This document shows, piece after piece, positions 19,070-26,024 of a stretch of 64,000 bases of DNA. The stretch lies in the sequence record MW394391.1; one strand, given 5' to 3'. The notes beneath the pieces were generated by a model. That model saw only the letters and a list, made by a program, of their open reading frames with translations. It had not been told where the DNA came from and did not search any database. The translations under genes and the position numbers were made by a program. The stretch's first letter is position 1. Each line of letters begins with the position of its first letter. Origin of the DNA: Klebsiella phage vB_KpM_FBKp24.

Positions 19070-19377
19070 TGTACAATGATTTCTTCGTAAAGTTTATTTG
19101 CTGATTCTTGGTCGTGAAAATGAAACCACTCGAAATTGCTGGGGTTGGAATAATAAAGTACCCCGATGGACGGTTTAGATTCACCCCAGAGCGGGAAATG
19201 TTTTTGAATAGGTGGCGTGACATGTACCAATTCATCGAAATTGACGACACGGCCATTGATCACAATTTTCTTTAGGTTAGTATCGGCCATGTTATGAAAC
19301 CCCCTTGTTAAGAGTGAAATGAATATGAGACTGGACGACGGTATTCTAACTTTCTTTTGCCCGGGTTGCGAGACCAC
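19045..19377 (-). CDS. hypothetical protein; true start probably Met MADTNLKK at about 19290
   Basis: ORF; the N-terminal extension overlaps the plus-strand gene start. Confidence 0.4.
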   Translation of the reverse strand: MVSQPGQKKVRIPSSSLIFISLLTRGFHNMADTNLKKIVINGRVVNFDELVHVTPPIQKHFPLWGESKPSIGVLYYSNPSNFEWFHFHDQESANKLYEEIIVQWHLRKTK

Positions 19378-19657
19378 CCATTCTGTTTCGGTCGAACCAA
19401 CTGACCCTTGTTACTGGACGTGGAATGGGTCGTTAGAGAAACCAACGTTATCTCCGAGTGTTTTGACCCGCTCCGGTCATTACGTGGACGGTAGTCATGG
19501 TTGCTGGTGTAACTATTATACCGCGCACCCGGAAGAAGAAGTTGTCTTTAAGTGTTATCGCTGCCACAGCTTTATCCGCGACGGCAATATTGAATTCCTT
19601 TCTGACTGCAGCCATAAATTGGCAGGGCAGACTGTTCCTTTAGATCCATTAAAGTGA
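19319..19657 (+). CDS. zinc-ribbon-like small protein (112 aa) on the plus strand
   Basis: Two CxxC pairs (FFCPGCETTH ... FKCYRCHSF); 112 stop-free codons where no minus ORF of 60 aa or more exists; followed by bidirectional hairpin 19667-19692. Confidence 0.5.
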   Translation: MNMRLDDGILTFFCPGCETTHSVSVEPTDPCYWTWNGSLEKPTLSPSVLTRSGHYVDGSHGCWCNYYTAHPEEEVVFKCYRCHSFIRDGNIEFLSDCSHKLAGQTVPLDPLK

Positions 19658-19667
19658 TATAGGCGTG
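19652..19667 (-). promoter_or_regulatory. recurrent promoter-like motif (minus: CACGCCTATATCACTTT)
   Basis: Follows the bidirectional hairpin 19667-19692; oriented antisense to the plus gene 19319..19657. Confidence 0.35.
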
Positions 19668-19692
19668 AAACAGGGTCGATACGACCCTGTTT
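19667..19692. terminator. bidirectional hairpin between convergent plus and minus genes
   Basis: aaacagggtcg-atac-gaccctgttt stem-loop, U-rich on both strands. Confidence 0.55.
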
Positions 19693-19704
19693 CCGTTTGT
19701 GCTA

Positions 19705-21096
19705 CTAACCCACTTTTTTCATAGTAGAATAACTGACCGCTTCCACGGGTTTAGTGACATCATATTCCCGCAAGGCAATTTCAAAGGTCTCAGGGCTATG
19801 TTTATTTAACATGAACAACGCCTGTACTGAGGCACCCGGTAAAGGCGGGAAAGGAACTGGACTACGGGGTTCTGCATCAGGAAACGCCATTTTGAAGAAG
19901 CGGCGAATCTCTTTGTCCCCCAGAACTTCAACCTCTACACGAATGTCAATTCTACCATCCCTTAGAATTGCATCGTCCAGTTTCTCAGGGTGATTCGTGG
20001 TCAAGAACACAATGACATCATTCAGACGCATTACGCCATCTAGTGCGTTGAGGAAATCAGACAAACTCCCATTCAGGTATTCGTCCATTGCCTTGTCGTC
20101 TGATTTCGTTTCTTCTAATGTCCCCGGTACCCCGTGAGGCATTTCGATAACATTCAACCCAGACGACTCTTTTTCCTTTTCTTTTAATTCAACTATTGTC
20201 TTTTCTTTACTGCGTGCTTTCGTAAAAGAGTAAGTATCAATATCCTCGATGATGACAACACCACCCGCCGCGCGCTGGAATAATGCCTGATATTGTAATC
20301 CGCCGCTCGGTTTAAGGGTATGAATGTTACGACCTAAAGCCCCAGCCAGTGCGGAAATAAGACTGCTCTTACCAGTGCCAGGTAGCCCATAAAGTAATAC
20401 TGTAAATTTATAAGGTAATCCCCGCGAATGGTACCACTCTTTACTCCGACTAAATTCAAAGACGGGTTCAATCAATCCTTTTTGTACATTATCAGTAACA
20501 ACAATAGTGTCCAGGCTCCGCTTAGGGAGACGGCAGAGGTATTCCCAATTGGCGGTATTGTTGACAAATGCACCGACTGTATTTTTAGTGTCACTTTTCA
20601 CCATGAACGCATCCATCAGTTCGAGTATTGCCTTATGGCTTCGCCCAAACTTACTGATACTCAACCGGTATTTAGAAGCATTAGACGCATTGGCGTCTAT
20701 TTCAATGATTTTAAATACAAAGAGCGTACCGCGATAGAAAAAGAAATGAGAACCCACACCCGGACCTACCGCGCCGTCCGTCCCACTACTTTCCCCATCG
20801 ATAGTAATCGTTCTGCTCCAGTGAAACCAACTGTTCAATGAGAACCAATTAAGGAAGGCAGTGTACTGCTCTGAGTTATAATTAGTCCAGTTGGTGCTGG
20901 CAGTATTGAAAATCAAACTGGTAACGAATTGCCTTTTAACCCACTGAATCACCGCTTTGGGGGTTTTGATTAAACCCCAACCGATTGCGCCTGAGACAGC
21001 TAAAGAACTCGCAGTAACAATCGCGTTCTGTGCCATGGGGTAATCTTTAAAGTTAGACAATATATGGTCGTAAAACGACATTAGCTGTTCAAGCAT
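19705..21096 (-). CDS. BCS1-like AAA+ ATPase with N-terminal hydrophobic segment (463 aa)
   Basis: LLYGLPGTGKSSLISALAG, VVIIEDID, NALDGV...VIVFLTTNHPEKLDDAILRDGRIDIRV match the BCS1 pattern; N-terminal stretch AIVTASSLAVSGAIGWGLI. Confidence 0.8.
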   Translation of the reverse strand: MLEQLMSFYDHILSNFKDYPMAQNAIVTASSLAVSGAIGWGLIKTPKAVIQWVKRQFVTSLIFNTASTNWTNYNSEQYTAFLNWFSLNSWFHWSRTITIDGESSGTDGAVGPGVGSHFFFYRGTLFVFKIIEIDANASNASKYRLSISKFGRSHKAILELMDAFMVKSDTKNTVGAFVNNTANWEYLCRLPKRSLDTIVVTDNVQKGLIEPVFEFSRSKEWYHSRGLPYKFTVLLYGLPGTGKSSLISALAGALGRNIHTLKPSGGLQYQALFQRAAGGVVIIEDIDTYSFTKARSKEKTIVELKEKEKESSGLNVIEMPHGVPGTLEETKSDDKAMDEYLNGSLSDFLNALDGVMRLNDVIVFLTTNHPEKLDDAILRDGRIDIRVEVEVLGDKEIRRFFKMAFPDAEPRSPVPFPPLPGASVQALFMLNKHSPETFEIALREYDVTKPVEAVSYSTMKKVG

Positions 21097-21149
21097 TGAT
21101 AATCTCCGTTACACTGGTCTGGTCGTAGCATAAGGTTACATTCCGCCGT

Positions 21150-21190
21150 AAAAAGCAAAAAAAAAAGAGGAGGGAAATCCCTCCTCTTTT
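21150..21190 (-). terminator. intrinsic terminator hairpin
   Basis: aagaggaggga-aat-ccctcctctt stem-loop followed by a U10 run on the minus transcript. Confidence 0.75.
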
Positions 21191-21193
21191 AGC

Positions 21194-21358
21194 TTATTCT
21201 AAATCGTTGAGTTCCTGACGCACGATCTTTTTATTGATACGACGCTCGGCGCGGTGAGTGAGCAACTTGGAGTACGGTCCCGGAATAGTCGGATTACCTG
21301 GGCGGGCGCTCCAATATTCTTGGCTCTGAGCCTTACTGCCGCGTTTGGTTCTTGCCAT
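21194..21358 (-). CDS. small basic protein (54 aa, MARTKRGSKAQSQEYW...); alternative to track ORF 21199..21414
   Basis: AGGA ribosome-binding site 7 nt before ATG, Lys/Arg-rich, ends just before terminator 21150-21190; the overlapping 71-aa track frame has no ribosome-binding site and an odd composition. Confidence 0.35.
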   Translation of the reverse strand: MARTKRGSKAQSQEYWSARPGNPTIPGPYSKLLTHRAERRINKKIVRQELNDLE

Positions 21359-21417
21359 CTTTTGAGTCCTCGAGTTGAAGTATGTAATCGAGGACGGACT
21401 TGAAAGTAATGCATAGC

Positions 21418-21801
21418 TTACCCCGCTGTAAATATTAAGAGTTTCTGATCAAAGTCAAAGTCTTGATGCCGAGCCATCAAAAAAGTTGAGAGTCCTTCAT
21501 AGTCGTTCCATCGATCGTCGTTCTGTTCATTGCTACACGCAATAATTTCAGAAATAATCATTGGGATATCTTCCTTACTAACAACCCACGGACCCAGTTC
21601 GTCGTTAGGGCAGATATTAACCCGTGCCATAATTTCAACTAGTGTACGCTGATTCTTCCACGTCGCTAGCCTTTTAGGCGCCACCGCGTCGTCATCGAAA
21701 ACTTCGTCGTATTCAAGTGTTTTCCCTACACCATCTTCGCCTGTAACCGGTTCCGGTACAGTCTCTTTATCGACCGAATAAAACGTGAGATAAAAGCCCA
21801 T
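21418..21801 (-). CDS. hypothetical acidic protein (127 aa)
   Basis: ORF downstream of the macrodomain gene in the same unit. Confidence 0.5.
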   Translation of the reverse strand: MGFYLTFYSVDKETVPEPVTGEDGVGKTLEYDEVFDDDAVAPKRLATWKNQRTLVEIMARVNICPNDELGPWVVSKEDIPMIISEIIACSNEQNDDRWNDYEGLSTFLMARHQDFDFDQKLLIFTAG

Positions 21802-22167
21802 CTATTCTCCGCCCCAGAAATAAGTTAAGATTGAATCAAAGTCAGCAATCTCCCAGAAAGTATCCAATTCAAGCCACGAGTCGATAATATCTAAGGGACC
21901 TTCTTTCATCCATTTGTCCAGTAACTCCCGAATCTCTTCGCCTGTTAAAACGAAGTGTATTCCTGGACGAGGGAGATTGTATTTGGCTTGTACCAGTTTA
22001 TGAAAATCTTCTGCCTGTACCCCGCTGATCCCTCTCATCGCTAACACCGGACCAAGGTGATGGCCGTAGGTTAAATACTGACGAGTCTCTCCTGCTTCAG
22101 TTTCGTAGGTAGCGATCTTTTCAGGAATAACACGGTCACGCTGAAATTCTCTGAGCTCAACGAACAT
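21802..22167 (-). CDS. hypothetical protein (121 aa)
   Basis: ORF in the same unit as the macrodomain gene. Confidence 0.5.
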   Translation of the reverse strand: MFVELREFQRDRVIPEKIATYETEAGETRQYLTYGHHLGPVLAMRGISGVQAEDFHKLVQAKYNLPRPGIHFVLTGEEIRELLDKWMKEGPLDIIDSWLELDTFWEIADFDSILTYFWGGE

Positions 22168-22172
22168 AGTCT

Positions 22173-22646
22173 TTAACCCTCAAACCGATAGACGATAATT
22201 TCAAAATCAGTATCCGAAAAAACCCGCTTGATATTTTCACTCACGCGCTCCCAGTCACCACCTGCTAACCCGCACCCCAATAGAGGGAAACCGACTTTTA
22301 AAACCCTCCCTTCCTTTTTCAGGATAGAGGCCATTAGTTTCAACGCCAGATAAAGAGCAGCGTAATGGGTTTTATAGTCAGGGTGCGAATGTTCGTGATG
22401 AAATTGACCACAAAGGTTGAAGCCCCATTGATTCCCATTCTTAGCAGCAGTTAATTTCCCCAAGCGTTTGTTGTAAGGGCGCTTATCGGAAAAGTAAGAT
22501 TCCGCTAACCAAGGCAATGCTTCGAATATTTTAACAGCAATACCGCTCTTAGCGACCCCAAAGCAATTGACTTGGTGGGCTATGACGTCAACTTCCTTAT
22601 TAAGAAAGGCTTCAATCAAATCCCCTTTTATTTCAGTGTATTTCAT
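22173..22646 (-). CDS. macrodomain protein, TARG1/OARD1/DarG-like (157 aa)
   Basis: KGDLIEAF...VDVIAHQVNCFGVAKSGIAVKIF and VGFPLLGCGLAGGDWERVSENIKRVFSDTDFEIIVY align closely with the TARG1-type macrodomain (GDLF..AHCIS.DCRMGAGIAV ; MPRIGCGLDRLQWENV...ITVY). Confidence 0.8.
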   Translation of the reverse strand: MKYTEIKGDLIEAFLNKEVDVIAHQVNCFGVAKSGIAVKIFEALPWLAESYFSDKRPYNKRLGKLTAAKNGNQWGFNLCGQFHHEHSHPDYKTHYAALYLALKLMASILKKEGRVLKVGFPLLGCGLAGGDWERVSENIKRVFSDTDFEIIVYRFEG

Positions 22647-22664
22647 AGCCCGCTCTCGCCGTGG

Positions 22665-23282
22665 TTAATTGATGATGAATTTACATTTTTCGAGGTGGTA
22701 TTCTTTCCCGCCAAAGCAGAGTTTCTTAACGTAATCCGGACGAGGGAGATTAACGTTCTCTGTGTAGGCGTTATGGGATACTAACGACTTGTTAACGACT
22801 TCGCCTTTGTTGTATTCAACGAGCCGACCGGGGAATTCTTGGGAAAAACCAAACCCCGAGAATTTCAATTTTACATGCGAATGAAAAGAGAGATTTCGCC
22901 AACCTGGGAATTTCAACCCTTTCACGTGGGCAGCGATAAAACGAATCAACGCAGTGTAAACTTTACCCAGTTCACCCGTGGTAATGACTTCGTCTTCGTT
23001 ACCGAAACGGAAGATGACTTTGGAATCGTGACCATCTTTATTACGGTACCAGTCGACGACAAAACGAGAGTAGTAACCGTAGAGACCATTCTCTGGCGTA
23101 CTGCGGTTACGGTAAGACTGCGCCGTATCGGAGTCGTACCGGTAGCACGTATTGTGCTCAAAAGGCTGACCCCGTCTGAAACCGATGAACTGCGCGAGCT
23201 GGACCGCCTGGATTAATGTCAGGTGTACGATCGTACCTAACTTGTTAGTAAGAATAAAGATAGGACTTGAAGCTGTTTGCAT
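22665..23282 (-). CDS. hypothetical protein (205 aa) immediately upstream of the TARG1-like macrodomain
   Basis: ORF; no confident catalytic motif; candidate ADP-ribosyltransferase by context only. Confidence 0.55.
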   Translation of the reverse strand: MQTASSPIFILTNKLGTIVHLTLIQAVQLAQFIGFRRGQPFEHNTCYRYDSDTAQSYRNRSTPENGLYGYYSRFVVDWYRNKDGHDSKVIFRFGNEDEVITTGELGKVYTALIRFIAAHVKGLKFPGWRNLSFHSHVKLKFSGFGFSQEFPGRLVEYNKGEVVNKSLVSHNAYTENVNLPRPDYVKKLCFGGKEYHLEKCKFIIN

Positions 23283-23287
23283 TCGTT

Positions 23288-23887
23288 TTACTCCTGCAGC
23301 AGTTTGGTTATTTCACCAATGAACTCGGAATGGTCTTCTATTTTATCTCGACCAATCTCCGAGCCCGTAATTTGATCATCAACATAACGAGAGACCAAGG
23401 CGTTGATTTTCCCAGCGGGACTGGAAAGGAATTCATCTGACTCAGCGTAATCAGCATTCCAGTTACGAATATAGAATGAAGGGTTAAAGGTCTCTGTCGT
23501 TCGGAAGTCAGGGAGTTTACCCACCATTAAAAGTTCCAACGAAGGAGAATAATGTACACCGTATTCAGTTCGACCGGTGTACTCGTTAAGTTCTGCCTTT
23601 GCCCAAATATTAAAACTGTCTATAATCCATACCCTGCTACATTTTAGAGCAATCTCCCTTTTCCAATCAGCAAGCGGGCCGTCTTGTAACATCGCTGAAA
23701 TATGCTCGTCGCTCATTATGACTTCGTAATAGTTCCGCCGGTTGAAATCTTCTAATCTCCTTTTTAAAAGGGAAAACAGATTCTGCTGCTCGGCGCTGAT
23801 AAAAGCGTCGTAATACTTATTGGTAATAAGATCTCTTTCTACTTCTGACAGCGGTTCTTTAAGAAAACCGAGTTTTGTTCTGGACAT
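23288..23887 (-). CDS. hypothetical protein (199 aa)
   Basis: ORF in gene train. Confidence 0.5.
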   Translation of the reverse strand: MSRTKLGFLKEPLSEVERDLITNKYYDAFISAEQQNLFSLLKRRLEDFNRRNYYEVIMSDEHISAMLQDGPLADWKREIALKCSRVWIIDSFNIWAKAELNEYTGRTEYGVHYSPSLELLMVGKLPDFRTTETFNPSFYIRNWNADYAESDEFLSSPAGKINALVSRYVDDQITGSEIGRDKIEDHSEFIGEITKLLQE

Positions 23888-23896
23888 TTTTACTCC

Positions 23897-24304
23897 TTAA
23901 TTAAAGTTGAACACCAATCGTTCAGCGCCCGATTCTTTGAGGATGTTTAATTGTTCGAACCACCACTCCCCAAGATGTTCCCGCCAACTCGCCGTTACGC
24001 CTTCCCCTTCGGGAAGAGTACTTCTTCCATCGCCACTACGGTCTTCTACGAGCGTATCGTAGTCAAAGTCCAGTAACACTTTGACATCCAAAATATAGTT
24101 ATAATCGTAATCGTAACTGATAGGTCTCCCTGCCTTTTCCCATTTATACGGCAAAGGAGGAACGCCAGCCATATTCCTTACGTCAGCGAGCCAACCGTAA
24201 ATAAAGTAGTTCTGGAAATCAAACCAATCCGCTCCTCCAGAAATAATCTCCCATTTCCCTTCTTTGTTTTTCTTCTCAAACCGTCCCTCGATATAAGCGC
24301 CCAT
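23897..24304 (-). CDS. hypothetical protein (135 aa)
   Basis: ORF in gene train. Confidence 0.5.
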   Translation of the reverse strand: MGAYIEGRFEKKNKEGKWEIISGGADWFDFQNYFIYGWLADVRNMAGVPPLPYKWEKAGRPISYDYDYNYILDVKVLLDFDYDTLVEDRSGDGRSTLPEGEGVTASWREHLGEWWFEQLNILKESGAERLVFNFN

Positions 24305-24307
24305 GTT

Positions 24308-25525
24308 CTAGTCTCCGTAGTAATAACTGAAGGTGAAGGTAAACCCGTACTTGGTGTATTCCGGTGAAATATGGAAGATCTGTGCGGGTTTACTTTCCTT
24401 CATAGCGGGGATACGTTCTTTTAATGCATCCAGTGCGATGTCCACTTGGGTGTTACTTAGTTCAGAAAGAGTTATTGTCGCGCAATAGGTAGCGGTGAAT
24501 ATATCTTTTCTATTCCAGCCGACCGCGTGAGAGACAGATTTACCGTCGTCCCAGTCTTTAACATACTGGCGAAGTGTTTGTTCCGTAAAAGACAAATCTA
24601 ACTTCGGTACACTGATCATCTTTTCTTTAATTAATGAGACTAGCGCCCGAGTCAACGTAATTAAAGAAACCTGTTGTACTTGACCGCTGGCGCCTGAATT
24701 TAATTTTCGGATAAAATGGCCAATGAGTTGAGGGAGTTTATTGATCATTTTATTAAAAATAGTATCGTTAGGTGGTTTTACGGGAGGGAAGCAAATTGAC
24801 AATATAACTTTATCCCGATTACCCCCAATTCTTTCCACAGAGTATTCCGCGTAGAGCGAACCGTCTTCCCCGAAAGAAAGTTCAACGTCCTTTCTAACAG
24901 CTGAGGAACCTATCACATCTCGCGCGTCATCAAAAGTGATACTATAGGCTATCGGGGAAACGTTGTTATCTTTGCTCCGCCGGTAATTTGTAAGGACACT
25001 AGTAACCGCGAGGTGCGGGGCGTTGAGGTCCTCTAGGGTAGCGACGATGTCTTTCATTTTAGTCTCCTGTTTATTACTGAGGGAATTATCGACGAAGGTA
25101 AAAATAGCTTCTATTTCTTCGACGGGGTTAATAACATGACTACGGCTCATGTACGAGGTTATTAACCTATTTAGTTTTTCGATCAGTTCTTTTTCTGAGG
25201 CAACACCCACGTAACCTTTTTTCTGCCACTCAAAACGAATATCGAAATGAATAGAGTAGCGATCATTGTCAGGAAGTACTGGTCTTGTAAAATGAGTGAC
25301 AGTACCGTCTTTAATTACAATATCGATACGAACCTGATCTATCGCGTCGCTAATGAATTTTGGAACACTCCAGCTATATTCTAGCTCAGGATTCGGGGTA
25401 GTGGGTTCGCAAGACAGTGTAAATTTCGGGAAAGGAGAATAACTGACATTGGCTTTAAATAAATAAAATTTACCTGCTTGAAAATCTTTAACAATTGAAT
25501 CGTTCTGACCTTTTGAATAGTTCAT
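24308..25525 (-). CDS. hypothetical protein (405 aa)
   Basis: Long ORF. Confidence 0.55.
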   Translation of the reverse strand: MNYSKGQNDSIVKDFQAGKFYLFKANVSYSPFPKFTLSCEPTTPNPELEYSWSVPKFISDAIDQVRIDIVIKDGTVTHFTRPVLPDNDRYSIHFDIRFEWQKKGYVGVASEKELIEKLNRLITSYMSRSHVINPVEEIEAIFTFVDNSLSNKQETKMKDIVATLEDLNAPHLAVTSVLTNYRRSKDNNVSPIAYSITFDDARDVIGSSAVRKDVELSFGEDGSLYAEYSVERIGGNRDKVILSICFPPVKPPNDTIFNKMINKLPQLIGHFIRKLNSGASGQVQQVSLITLTRALVSLIKEKMISVPKLDLSFTEQTLRQYVKDWDDGKSVSHAVGWNRKDIFTATYCATITLSELSNTQVDIALDALKERIPAMKESKPAQIFHISPEYTKYGFTFTFSYYYGD

Positions 25526-25584
25526 TTTGTCACCTCACACTTTTACCGTAATAGAGTCGGAGGAACTCCTCCGACTCTAAGGTT

Positions 25585-25893
25585 TTATTTTGGTCTTACA
25601 CGTAGTTCGAGTTTCACTTTCCCGATGGAATCATTTTCAATGACAATACTTCGCCAGAGACCGATCTCCCCGCCATAGGCGTAAAAGCAGATCTCGCGTT
25701 CAAGAATGTCGAAGAGTCGAGTAACCGCCCTCTTCTCATCTTCGTTGAACTCAAAGCATGGATCAAGCGATTTTTCTCGATGTACCTTTACGTTTTGAAC
25801 CAGTTCTACAGCATCGTTAAATTCCGTAGAAACTAGTCCGGCGTGAACGGCGTTATGTACGTAAACTACTGTCTCCAGTACACAGGTCGTCAT
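25585..25893 (-). CDS. hypothetical protein (about 102 aa from Met MTTCVLE)
   Basis: ORF; start placed at the ATG that overlaps (TAATG) the stop of the small membrane peptide gene. Confidence 0.45.
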   Translation of the reverse strand: MTTCVLETVVYVHNAVHAGLVSTEFNDAVELVQNVKVHREKSLDPCFEFNEDEKRAVTRLFDILEREICFYAYGGEIGLWRSIVIENDSIGKVKLELRVRPK

Positions 25894-26024
25894 TAGATTA
25901 CTCCACCCCAAACAATCGCCGCCGCAAATAACCACCAACCCCAGCTATGTTCCCCGTGAAAGAAACCATAGCCTCCAATACCGATTAACACTAAACTTAA
26001 AATACCGGCCATGAAATATTTCAT
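25893..26024 (-). CDS. small hydrophobic membrane peptide (43 aa, MKYFMAGILSLVLIGIGGYGFFHGEHSWGWWLFAAAIVWGGVI), not in the ORF track
   Basis: ATG overlaps the thyA stop (ATGA); GAGGTG ribosome-binding site 6 nt upstream; stop overlaps the next start (TAATG); one transmembrane-like helix. Confidence 0.4.
   Translation of the reverse strand: MKYFMAGILSLVLIGIGGYGFFHGEHSWGWWLFAAAIVWGGVI

Noticed and set aside
21199-21414. Track ORF 21199..21414 (71 aa) in the frame MHYFQVRPRL...
   Set aside because: It has no ribosome-binding site and an odd Cys/Ser/Arg-rich tail. The overlapping alternative frame gives a 54-aa basic protein with an AGGA ribosome-binding site (21194..21358). Neither is certain, and the alternative is reported at low confidence.
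22665-23282. Annotating 22665..23282 as a DarT-like or ModB-like ADP-ribosyltransferase
   Set aside because: No convincing R-S-E or H-Y-E catalytic triad could be placed. Only genomic context next to a macrodomain supports it. It is left as hypothetical.
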